Below are positions 20,169 through 28,661 of a stretch of 39,367 nt of DNA, one piece after another. The stretch lies in contig JBDROZ010000096.1 of the NCBI GenBank assembly GCA_043809585.1, positions 1-39,367 of the forward strand. The letters run 5' to 3'. The stretch is from Candidatus Eiseniibacteriota bacterium (GTDB lineage: Bacteria; Orphanbacterota; Orphanbacteria; Orphanbacterales; Orphanbacteraceae). The first letter of the stretch is position 1, and the number at the start of each line of letters is the position of its first letter. The notes below the pieces were generated by a model. It worked only from the letters and a program-made list of their open reading frames with translations, had not been told where the DNA came from and searched no databases. The position numbers were made by a program, and so were the translations under genes.

Positions 20169-21749
20169 ATGAAGTTTCAGACGCAGGCCGCATCGATGAA
20201 TCGGGAAGAAGTCGCCGCGCTGTTGGCCGCCCATCACACCCTGCAAGAGTCTTATGAGGAACTGACCCGTCAGGTGGCGTGGCTGAAGCGCCAGCTGTTC
20301 GGGCGGAAGAGCGAGCGGCGGATCTGTGACGCGGAGGGCCGGCAGCTGACTCTCGGAGAGCTTCCGGAGTCGGAGGCGGTGGATGGCGCGGAGATCGAAG
20401 TTCCCGCCCATCGGCGCCGCCGCCGGATCCTGGGGGAGGAGGAAGATCCGAAGCTCCGGTTCGATTCTTCGGTTCCCGTGGAAGAGATCGTGCTGCCTCC
20501 GGAGGGCTGGGACGAAGCGGAGCGGGAGGATTACGAGAGAATCGGCGAGAAGGTGACCTGTCGCCTGGCGCAGCGTCCGGGTTCGTACGTGGTCCTACGC
20601 TACATACGCCCGGTGTACAAGCGGAAGGCGGACGATACGATCCACAGTTCCCCGGCCCCGGCTTCGGTTCTGGAGAAGAGCTGTGCGGACGTGAGCTTTC
20701 TGGCGGGGCTTCTGATCGACAAGGTTCTCTATCACCTGCCGCTCTACCGCCAGCATCAGCGCCTGGCCGGCAGCGGGATCCATCTGGCGCGATCAACATT
20801 GACCCACCTGGTTCATCGGACGGCGGCGCTTCTGGAGCCGGTCTATACCGCGCAGCTGCAGTCGATTCTTTCGAGTGACGTTTTGGCGATGGACGAGACG
20901 CCGATCAAGGCGGGGCGGAAGAGGAGCCCACCGCCGGGACGGATGAAGCGTGGCTATTTCTGGCCGGTCTACGGGGACCGGGACGAGATCGCCTTTCCCT
21001 TTTCGCGTTCGCGGGGGAGGGAACTGATCGAGGCATTGCTCCGGGACTACCGGGGGAAGCTTCTGACCGACGGGTACGAGGTGTACGCGCGTTACGCGGA
21101 ATCGATCAAGCACGTCGTGCACGCCCAGTGCTGGTCGCACACACGGCGGCATTTCGAGAAGGCGGAGTCGGCGGAGCCCGAGCGGGCCGGCAAGGTTCTG
21201 GACCTGATCGGCGAGCTCTATAAGCAGGATGCGGAGCAGAAGGCGAAGGCGCTCTCACCGGACAAGGTGCTTGCGGGGCGGAGCCTGCATGCGAAGCCTG
21301 TGGTGGATCGCTTCTTCGAACACCTGCGGAGCACGCTCAACAACGACGTTCTCCTTCCGACGAATCCGTTCACCAAGGCGGCCCGATACGCGCTGGCACG
21401 GGAGAAATCGCTCCGTGTGTTCCTCGAGTATCCGGACGTGCCGATCGACACCAACCACGTCGAGCGTGCCGTTCGGCCGATCGCCGTGGGCCGCAAGAAC
21501 TGGCTGTTTTGTTGGACCGAGGTGGGCGCCCGGTATGCCGGCATCGTCCACAGCCTCCTCTTCACCTGCCGGCTGCACGGGGTCGATCCCTACACGTATC
21601 TCGTCGACGTGCTGCAACGGCTGGAGGCGCATCCGGCCCGCGCCGTCGGACAGCTTACCCCCCGCATCTGGAAAGAGACATTCGCCGACTGTCCGATGCG
21701 CTCCGACATCGATCGAGCCGGACGCAAGCAAAAACACGCCGGCGAGTAA
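20169..21749 (+). CDS. tnpC: IS66 transposase TnpC
   Basis: LFGRKSER, HLPLYRQ, MDETP, TDGY, CWSHTRRHF, IDTNHVERAVRPIAVGRKNWLF. Confidence 0.95.
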   Translation: MKFQTQAASMNREEVAALLAAHHTLQESYEELTRQVAWLKRQLFGRKSERRICDAEGRQLTLGELPESEAVDGAEIEVPAHRRRRRILGEEEDPKLRFDSSVPVEEIVLPPEGWDEAEREDYERIGEKVTCRLAQRPGSYVVLRYIRPVYKRKADDTIHSSPAPASVLEKSCADVSFLAGLLIDKVLYHLPLYRQHQRLAGSGIHLARSTLTHLVHRTAALLEPVYTAQLQSILSSDVLAMDETPIKAGRKRSPPPGRMKRGYFWPVYGDRDEIAFPFSRSRGRELIEALLRDYRGKLLTDGYEVYARYAESIKHVVHAQCWSHTRRHFEKAESAEPERAGKVLDLIGELYKQDAEQKAKALSPDKVLAGRSLHAKPVVDRFFEHLRSTLNNDVLLPTNPFTKAARYALAREKSLRVFLEYPDVPIDTNHVERAVRPIAVGRKNWLFCWTEVGARYAGIVHSLLFTCRLHGVDPYTYLVDVLQRLEAHPARAVGQLTPRIWKETFADCPMRSDIDRAGRKQKHAGE

Positions 21750-21766
21750 CGCCGATTATTGATCGC

Positions 21767-22273
21767 TTACGGCCCAATCACGGGGAATGACTGATTATCG
21801 GGTTGTGGCGTTCCGCCGCTTTCTTGTTTTTCCGTCGGAGAGAAGCCGAGTACCCGGTTAACCGCCCCGGCAAACCTCGCGCGCATCCCTTTGGACGGCC
21901 GCCGAATCCCTCGCTCCCAACCCCACAACGTGCTCGGATCGACGCCCAGGACCTTGGCGAATGACCTCTGTGAGAGACCGCTGGTCAGCCTCGCCGCCTT
22001 GAGCCTCTCCGGAAGACTGTCCCCAATTGGATACGGGAGGTAGCCCAGGAATCGGATGATGCCTGGGAAATGCCGCACCTTCGCACGGGTTGCGTTGCAT
22101 TCCCAGAGTCGGTAGGTCGTCATGTGGACTCCAATCTGGGCTGCTACCTCCTTCTGGAGGAACCCCAGATCCAATCGGCGCTTCCGGAGGTGATCACCGA
22201 AAGTCTTGATTTCTCTAGGATAAGCCGGATCAAGGGGTTTGGGGGCTCTGAGCCGTAAACCGGTAAAAGGCAA
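21767..22273 (-). CDS. Double XRE-type HTH protein abutting comM-3' copy 2; last codons replaced by IS66
   Basis: GDHLRKRRLDLGFLQKEVAAQIGV...WE and LKAARLTSGLSQRSFAKVLGVDPSTLWGWERG. TTG start. Confidence 0.85.
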   Translation of the reverse strand: MPFTGLRLRAPKPLDPAYPREIKTFGDHLRKRRLDLGFLQKEVAAQIGVHMTTYRLWECNATRAKVRHFPGIIRFLGYLPYPIGDSLPERLKAARLTSGLSQRSFAKVLGVDPSTLWGWERGIRRPSKGMRARFAGAVNRVLGFSPTEKQESGGTPQPDNQSFPVIGP

Positions 22274-22281
22274 CGCAACGG

Positions 22282-22767
22282 TGCCCCTGCGGCTACCACG
22301 GCGAGACTCGCTGCACCTGCTCGCCGACCCAGGTCGCCCGCTACGTCGGCCGCGTGTCGGGGCCGCTCATGGATCGCATCGACATTCACGTCGAGGTGCC
22401 GCGGGTGCCGTACAAAGACCTCGCGAAGATCGAGCCGGGGGAAGGATCGGAACCGATTCGGGAGAGAGTGATGAGAGCGAGGGAGATCCAGGTCGAACGC
22501 TTCGCGAAGTACACCGGCCTCTTCACGAACGCGCGCATGGATTCCCGGGAAATCCGGAAGTACGCCGCGCCGGACGACGACTGCCGGCTGCTCCTTCGCG
22601 CCGCCATCGAGAAGCTCGGCCTCTCCGCGCGCGCCCACGACCGGATCCTCCGGGTCGCCCGCACCATCGCCGACCTCGCGGGGAGCGAGAACCTCGAGGC
22701 CCCCCACGTCGCCGAGGCGATCCAGTACCGGAGCCTCGACAGGCCGAGGTGGAGGGAGGGCGGGTAG
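22282..22767 (+). pseudogene. comM: comM 3' fragment, copy 2 (starts at CPCGY)
   Basis: 486-bp open-frame repeat of 7347-7832 with 5 amino-acid differences and no 5' portion. Confidence 0.95.
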
Positions 22768-22887
22768 GTCTCGGCGAAGGATTTCAAACCAGTCAGGACC
22801 GGGGACAGTCACGCCCTTGTCGCGTTCTTCTTGCCGGGTGACTGCTGCTAGCGAGCGAGGAGGAGAAGAGCCAAGCGATAAGATGGA

Positions 22888-22922
22888 GACACAATACCGA
22901 AATCGGAGTCCGGTATTGTGTC
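22888..22922. terminator. 12-bp perfect hairpin (terminator or REP-like)
   Basis: gacacaataccg / cggtattgtgtc, 18 bp past the stop of the minus-strand gene. Confidence 0.5.
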
Positions 22923-22940
22923 CCCTCTCTTTCGGGCGCT

Positions 22941-23657
22941 CTACCGGAACATGGCCTTCACGTCACCCCAGGACGTATGCTCGGTGCCGGTGGGATCGCC
23001 GTATTCGATCGTGATATTGTCCGCGCCGACCTCCCAGCCCGTGTCGAAGGTAAAGTAGGCGGGATGGTTCCAATGGAACTCGACAGTCGTCACGTTGCCA
23101 ATGACTTCCTGAAAGGCCACGTCGGAAGGAAATATGTCGCCACCGGTCAAGTAGGAACCGCCGAGCCAGCCGGCCGGCAGCTGGCCGGGGCCGCCGACGA
23201 AGTCGCTCGGGATATCGAAGTCGTAGTGGGTCCAGCCCTCGCCGATCTGGGGGATCAGCCAGTTGAAGGGATCCGGGTAGACATAGACGTCATCCTCGAT
23301 GTCGGGCGTGCCCATGTCGTTTCGGAGCAGGACGGTGAAGGGCCAGCCGTTGGCTCCCTGGTTCTCGCAGAGAGGCGTGGTGAAGTCGCCGCTGAGGCGG
23401 GTCACGCCCATCGCCACGTAGTCGCCCGTGAAGTCGGCGGCACCCGGCTCGCACTGGCAAATGGGCCAGAAAGCCCAGTAGTAGCCGCTCGAGAGCCAGC
23501 CACCCGGATTGCCACCATTGGGGTTGATGCTCTCGGACCAACCGTAGAAGGTCCAGTTGCCGTTGTTGACTCCGCCTTCGAAATCGGCGGTGACCGTCAC
23601 GGCCATGACCGGAAGGGCCAGACAGAGAACGCACGCGGTAACAAGGATCATTCGCAT
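22941..23657 (-). CDS. Secreted protein with C-terminal SWGxVKAMFR motif
   Basis: Signal peptide ending VMA, AGGAG RBS, beta-rich body, ends TEHTSWGDVKAMFR. Confidence 0.85.
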   Translation of the reverse strand: MRMILVTACVLCLALPVMAVTVTADFEGGVNNGNWTFYGWSESINPNGGNPGGWLSSGYYWAFWPICQCEPGAADFTGDYVAMGVTRLSGDFTTPLCENQGANGWPFTVLLRNDMGTPDIEDDVYVYPDPFNWLIPQIGEGWTHYDFDIPSDFVGGPGQLPAGWLGGSYLTGGDIFPSDVAFQEVIGNVTTVEFHWNHPAYFTFDTGWEVGADNITIEYGDPTGTEHTSWGDVKAMFR

Positions 23658-23733
23658 CGCTTTGCTCCTCGCTCAGGGAATGGGTGAACGATTGACTCGA
23701 CCAATAGGATTGTATAGCGCTGGCACTGGGTTT

Positions 23734-23757
23734 CCTATTGGACCTTGGTCCAACAGG
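23734..23757. promoter_or_regulatory. Palindromic operator candidate
   Basis: cctattggacc-tt-ggtccaacagg (10/11 arms); related site at 24863-24881. Confidence 0.5.
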
Positions 23758-23807
23758 CGTAGATCCCTGGCTACGACGGGAAGGGGCGGATGAGGGACGC
23801 GCCGGCG

Positions 23808-24452
23808 CTAATCCGTTGAGGCGGAAGAATCTGGGGGCCCCTCGATCCCGATCCGGGCCACCAAGCGTACCAGTTCGGCCAAGGACTCGACCTCCATTTT
23901 CTCCATGACTCGTGCCCGGTGTACTTTGATGGTCTTTTCGGACGTGCCGAGCTCAAACGCCACCTGCTTGTTGAGCATACCGGTGATCACGAGCTCCATA
24001 ACCTGCCGTTCCCGGGGTGTTAGCCGGTCAGCCCGGGCTTGTACATCGGCGATTTCGGCCTCCTCGACGCGCTGAGATCTGTTCCGATCCAGGGCTCGGT
24101 TGATCGAATCGATCAGGTCTTGGTCGTTGAAAGGCTTGGGCAGGAAATCGACAGCGCCGCTTTTCATGGCCTTCACCGCCATGCGGATATCCCCGTGCCC
24201 CGTGATGAAGACGATGGGAACCTCCAAACCGCGACGGGCCATCTCCTTCTGCAAGTCCAGCCCGCTCATGCGGGGCATGCGCACGTCCAGCACGACACAG
24301 GAGGGAACATCCGGTAGTACGTGCTCCAGGAACTGGTGCGCCGAGCTGAATACCTCGACCCGCAAACCGACCGAGGAGAGCAGACGGGAGAGGGCTCGTC
24401 GCACCGATGCACTGTCGTCTACGACGAAAACTATGGGCTGAGAGTCGTCCAT
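23808..24452 (-). CDS. FixJ/LuxR-family response regulator
   Basis: VFVVDD, LDVRMP, FITGHGD, FLPKPF, LTPRERQV...SEKTIKVHRARVMEKM. GGAGGAG RBS; the ORF stays open upstream to 24752. Confidence 0.92.
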   Translation of the reverse strand: MDDSQPIVFVVDDSASVRRALSRLLSSVGLRVEVFSSAHQFLEHVLPDVPSCVVLDVRMPRMSGLDLQKEMARRGLEVPIVFITGHGDIRMAVKAMKSGAVDFLPKPFNDQDLIDSINRALDRNRSQRVEEAEIADVQARADRLTPRERQVMELVITGMLNKQVAFELGTSEKTIKVHRARVMEKMEVESLAELVRLVARIGIEGPPDSSASTD

Positions 24453-24899
24453 CCGGCGCTCCTCCAACCTCGGCTGCTCCTCCGGATCTGTTTTTCGCAG
24501 TAAGGACCATCGCAGCTTCACCATTATAGAGTAAGCACGATCGTTTTCCGCAAGAGCTTGTTGAACGGCCCGATGGGCCGAGCCGGATGACGGCGGATCG
24601 GCTGCAAGCAAAGACCGGGCTTGCCGAAGCTCGCGGCACGTCGCGCCAAGGCATTGCAGGAGATCGTGAAACGAATCGCGCAGATCCCGGAGTTGATCTT
24701 CGCTTTGATCGGCACGGGCTCCCTGCTGCTTGTCTTGAATGCGGCTCAGCAAGCTCTACCCCGTCCTTTCCCCTGTCCGAGTCTTGACGAATCCCTTAGT
24801 ATCATGGGGAAATCGGTGCCGGATCCTGCTGGTATTTTAGGGTGATTCGTGCCTGGCGACAATGGGACTTAGGTCCAATAGCCGACTCGGACGAACCGG

Positions 24900-26993
24900 A
24901 TGGGATTCGTGTGGGAGATCTCGGGGAGCAGGCAAAAAAATGAGGTCGTCGGCGTGTCGACGGTAAGATCGGCGTTGTTCTGCTCGCTCCTCGTATTGTG
25001 CCTTGCCGGAGTCTCGTTGGCTCTGAATGGCGCAGACACTCTCGCTCCGGACCGGGCCCAGAACCTGCTCGATCGAGCTCGGGCGGTTCGAAGCAATGAC
25101 CCGCACCTTGCCTTGGAGTTATGTGAGGATGCTCTCGGCCTCGCGAAAACACAGAATCTTCCCGTCCTGCGCGTGAGAGCCCTGATCGGGAAGGGCGTGA
25201 GCAAGTACTTCATGGGCGAGTATACGAGCGCGCTCATCCACTATCAGGAGGCTCGGGAGCTGGCGGAGGGGCTCGGCAACCTGGAACTTCAAGCGGATGT
25301 GCTCAACAACATCGGCATCCTGCATTTCGTTTGGGGCGAGTATGATCAAGCCCTCGACTACTACATCCAGTCCTTAGCCATACGCCGGGAATTGGGCGAT
25401 GAGACCGGAATCGGGAGAGCCTATAACAATATCGCGAATATCTACCAGACGATGGGCGACTATGATCAAGCCCTGGACCATTATGGGCGGTCGCTAGAAA
25501 TCTATGAGTCACAATCAGACACGGCCATAATCGCCAGTTCCCTGAACAACATCGGGTTGCTCTACTACGATCAGGGAGAATACGACCGATCGCTAGGGTC
25601 CTATTCCCGCGCGCTGGCCCTGGAATCGATAATCAACGACAAAGCCGGCATGGCATTAACGTTGAACAACATGGGGCAGGTCTTCGAAGCCCTCGGGACC
25701 CTAGACGAAGCCATGGAGCATTACGAGCGCTCCTTGTCGTTGCGCCGCGAGATCGATGACCGCCAGGGAATATCGGTCTGCCTTCATAATATCGGTGTCA
25801 TTCATGTCACGCAAGAATCTTACGATTCGGGCATCGACTACCTCGAAAGAGCCTTGGGTCTTGCCGAGGATCTGCAGATCCGGGAGCTGATCCGGGATGA
25901 CTTGGAGAGCCTCGCCATTGCCCACGAGGCCGCCGGCGACTACGAACGAGCCCTGGCCTACTACAAGCGCTTCAAAGAGGTCCAAGATGAGCTGTTTGGC
26001 GCCGAACGCACGCGGCAAATCGCCCTGGCGCAGACACGCTTCGAAGTCGACTTGAAGGATCGGGAGATCCAGATGCTGAAGAAAGAAACGGAGATCGAGC
26101 GCTTCCGACGACAACTGCTCTTGGTTGTCGCGGGATTGGCCTTGATCATCATTCTCCTTTTGTTGAATCGCTACATGTTTCAGCGGCGAGCGCATAGTAG
26201 GATCGCTCAGGCGAACGAGGCGCTCCGTATCGCCCACGACGAGTTGGGGCGGGCGACACGCGATGAACTGGCCCACGTGAGCCGGGTCACCACTATGGGC
26301 GAGCTGGCGGCGGCCTTCGCCCATGAGTTGAACCAGCCCCTGGCCGCGATTCGGGCGAACGCTCGGGCGGGCCATAACTTCCTCGATCGGGCGGAACCCG
26401 ATCGAAACGAAGCGTGCGCCGCGCTGATCGACATCGGCGAAGACGCCGAGCGCGCCCAGGACATCATTGTCCGATTGCGCGACATGATGCGAAAGGGGGA
26501 ACAGAAGCAGCAGCAGGTCGATTTGCGTCGAGTGCTCCACGATGCGGTAGCCATGATCCACGCCGAAGCGGAACGTCTCGGTGTCGGTTTGGACCTGAGG
26601 ATCGAGGATGCCCTGCCCTCTGTCGTGGGTGACCGCATCCAGCTGCAGCAGGTGGTCTTGAATCTGATTCAGAACGGTTTGGCCGTGATGGCCGGCCGGG
26701 ACGGCGTGTTGACCCTAACGGGGAAGCGTTTGCCCGACGATTCGGTGTGCGTGGGTGTGACCGATTCAGGGCCGCCCGTGGACGATCATATCCTGACGGA
26801 CATGTTCGAGCCGTTCTTCACGACGAAGCGGAACGGCTTGGGCATGGGATTAGCGATCTGTCGGACCATTATCGAGAGCCACGGCGGAAGTATCGAGGCC
26901 GAGCGGCGTGAAACCGGCGGCGTGACAGTGAGCTTCCGGTTGCCGAAGCCACCACATGGTTCCGGTGACACATCTAAGCGCGTACCGCAATGA
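24900..26993 (+). CDS. TPR-sensor histidine kinase with FixL-like kinase core
   Basis: TPRs (LNNIG...), TM helix, MGELAAAFAHELNQPL, QLQQVVLNL, FEPFFTTK, GLGMGLAIC. Confidence 0.92.
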   Translation: MGFVWEISGSRQKNEVVGVSTVRSALFCSLLVLCLAGVSLALNGADTLAPDRAQNLLDRARAVRSNDPHLALELCEDALGLAKTQNLPVLRVRALIGKGVSKYFMGEYTSALIHYQEARELAEGLGNLELQADVLNNIGILHFVWGEYDQALDYYIQSLAIRRELGDETGIGRAYNNIANIYQTMGDYDQALDHYGRSLEIYESQSDTAIIASSLNNIGLLYYDQGEYDRSLGSYSRALALESIINDKAGMALTLNNMGQVFEALGTLDEAMEHYERSLSLRREIDDRQGISVCLHNIGVIHVTQESYDSGIDYLERALGLAEDLQIRELIRDDLESLAIAHEAAGDYERALAYYKRFKEVQDELFGAERTRQIALAQTRFEVDLKDREIQMLKKETEIERFRRQLLLVVAGLALIIILLLLNRYMFQRRAHSRIAQANEALRIAHDELGRATRDELAHVSRVTTMGELAAAFAHELNQPLAAIRANARAGHNFLDRAEPDRNEACAALIDIGEDAERAQDIIVRLRDMMRKGEQKQQQVDLRRVLHDAVAMIHAEAERLGVGLDLRIEDALPSVVGDRIQLQQVVLNLIQNGLAVMAGRDGVLTLTGKRLPDDSVCVGVTDSGPPVDDHILTDMFEPFFTTKRNGLGMGLAICRTIIESHGGSIEAERRETGGVTVSFRLPKPPHGSGDTSKRVPQ

Positions 26994-26995
26994 GG

Positions 26996-27097
26996 ACGGT
27001 CGGTACTCGAGGTACCGGATCATCTTCTCCCGCCACGTGCGCAACGGTGGGTCGTGCCGCATTCCCAGAACCGGTAAGTGTCCTTCGATACCCCGAG
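26996..27097 (-). pseudogene. Remnant of the XRE-HTH gene
   Basis: Reads LGVSKDTYRFWECGTT, then after a 1-nt shift PLRTWREKMIRYLEY, matching the HTH at 31660-31926. Confidence 0.8.
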
Positions 27098-27101
27098 CGA
27101 T

Positions 27102-27554
27102 ACCTGCTCGGCGACGCAGGTCGCCAGCTACGTCGGGCGCGTGTCGGGACCTTTGATGGACCGGATCGACATCCACGTCGAGGTGCCGCGCGTTCCCTAC
27201 AAAGATCTCGCCAGGATCGAGCCGGGGGAAGGGTCGGAGCCGGTGAGGGAGAGAGTGATGCGGGCGAGGGAGATCCAGGTCGAGCGGTTCACGAAGTACC
27301 CCGGCCTCTTCACCAACGCCCGGATGGACTCCCGGGAGATCCGGAAGTACGCCGCGCCGGACGACGACTGCCGGCTTCTTCTCCGTGCCGCCATCGAGAA
27401 GCTCGGCCTCTCCGCCCGCGCCCATGACCGGATCCTTCGCGTGGCGCGCACCATCGCCGACCTCGCGGGACGCGAGAACCTCGAGGCCCCTCACGTCGCC
27501 GAGGCAATCCAGTACCGGAGTTTGGATCGTCCGCGGTGGAGGGAGGGGGGATGA
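27102..27554 (+). pseudogene. comM: comM 3' fragment, copy 3 (junction deleted)
   Basis: TCSATQVASYVGRVSGPLMD...RPRWREGG, near-identical protein to intact ComM. Confidence 0.95.
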
Positions 27555-27573
27555 GGTGTCGCACCCTCAAACC

Positions 27574-28312
27574 AGGGACAGTCACCTAATAAGAGACTCC
27601 TGATCGAGGTGGAGGGATGCCGAGAATCCCGAGAATCGTCCTCGTCGGCTATCCGCATCATGTGACCCAGCGGGGAAACGACCGGTGCGATGTCTTCTTC
27701 TCGGATGAAGACCACCGTACCTATCTTGGCCTATTGAAGAAGCAGACGAACCGGTACGAATTAGAGGTCGTCGGCTACTGTCTGTTGTCCAACCATGTCC
27801 ATCTGATCGTGATTCCTCGAGCGCTCGATGCCAGGGCCAAGGCGATCGGAAGGACTCACTTCCAGTACACGCAGCACGTGAATCGGGATCACGGCCGGAG
27901 CGGACATCTGTGGCAAAACCGATTCTATTCGTGTCCTCTGGAGTGAGAGCATTTCTGGGCCGCCCTTGCTTACATCGAGAGAAACCCGGTCCGCGTCGGC
28001 ATCGTTTCGAGGGCGGAGGACTATCCCTGGTCGAGCGCGCGATGGCACCTCGGATTGGAGGCCGAAAACGACTTGCTCGACGCAGCGGTCTGGAGGGACC
28101 TCGCCCCCGGGGTGAACTGGAGGGCAGTGATCGATCGGAAAGGAGGAGAGGAGCAGGGGGAGGGAATCCGCTCATACACTCGCACCGGCCGACCTCTGAT
28201 GCCCGAACAAGTGCTCGATCACTTGGAGAGAGAGCGAGGATGCCGACTTCGAGCCCTCCCCGTAGGCCGACCCTGGTGGAAGCGGCATCTGGAACAACAG
28301 GTGACTGTCCCT
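27574..28312 (+). mobile_element. Y1/RAYT-like element bounded by 14-bp inverted repeats
   Basis: agggacagtcacct (27574-27587) and aggtgactgtccct (28299-28312) flank the transposase. Confidence 0.7.
27617..28312 (+). pseudogene. REP-associated tyrosine (HUH, Y1_Tnp) transposase with in-frame TGA
   Basis: HHVTQRGN, YCLLSNHVHL, GHLWQNRF, TGA at 27944, then YIERNPVRVG...DYPWSS in frame. Confidence 0.88.
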
Positions 28313-28646
28313 ATATATCAGTGTAGGCGCTATTCGTTCCCCCGACCTCGCCGATCCTCCGGAAATGCTCCTCGGGCCGAAAGTGCTCGGATCCGCGAAA
28401 CATCATGTGCTCGAAGAGAGGGGAGAGGCCGCGGGTGCCAGGCCGCTCGTTCAGCCCGCCCGTGCGGTACCAGACCTGAACCGACGCGAGAGGAACCGAA
28501 TGCTTCTCGATGACACAGATTCGGAGGCCGTTCGGGAGCGTGTACTGAGTGATGTCGCCGTCCGCGGCGCGAAGGGACGTGGAAGCAAGAAAGACGAGGA
28601 TCGCCCCGAGAGCTCGGCCCGGAATGAATGATGACGAGACCGACAT
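28311..28646 (-). pseudogene. N-terminal fragment of an M16 (pitrilysin) peptidase
   Basis: TLPNGLR, VWYRTGG, GLSPLFEHMMFRGS (HxxEH altered), GGTNSAYT; truncated at the Y1 element IR. Confidence 0.85.
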
Positions 28647-28661
28647 GACCGGACCTCCTTC

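Larger units (their letters stand above)
19450..21770 (+). mobile_element. IS66-family insertion sequence
   Basis: GTAA...TTAC ends, 21-bp TIR (18/21 match), 8-bp TSD ggcccaat at 19442-19449 and 21771-21778, tnpA-tnpB-tnpC order. Confidence 0.95.
7347..22281. mobile_element. comM-integrated unit 1 (comM 3' end, lipoprotein cargo, XRE-HTH)
   Basis: Bounded by the 486-bp comM-3' direct repeats 7347-7832 and 22282-22767. Cargo is visibly less GC-rich than the left flank. Confidence 0.75.
22282..27101. mobile_element. comM-integrated unit 2 (secreted protein plus two-component system)
   Basis: Lies between comM-3' copies 2 and 3 and ends in an HTH remnant. Confidence 0.7.

Noticed and set aside
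14348-27946. In-frame stops (TAA 14348, TGA 27944) as genetic-code reassignment
   Set aside because: They are two different codons, both used as normal stops elsewhere; simple nonsense mutations are more likely.
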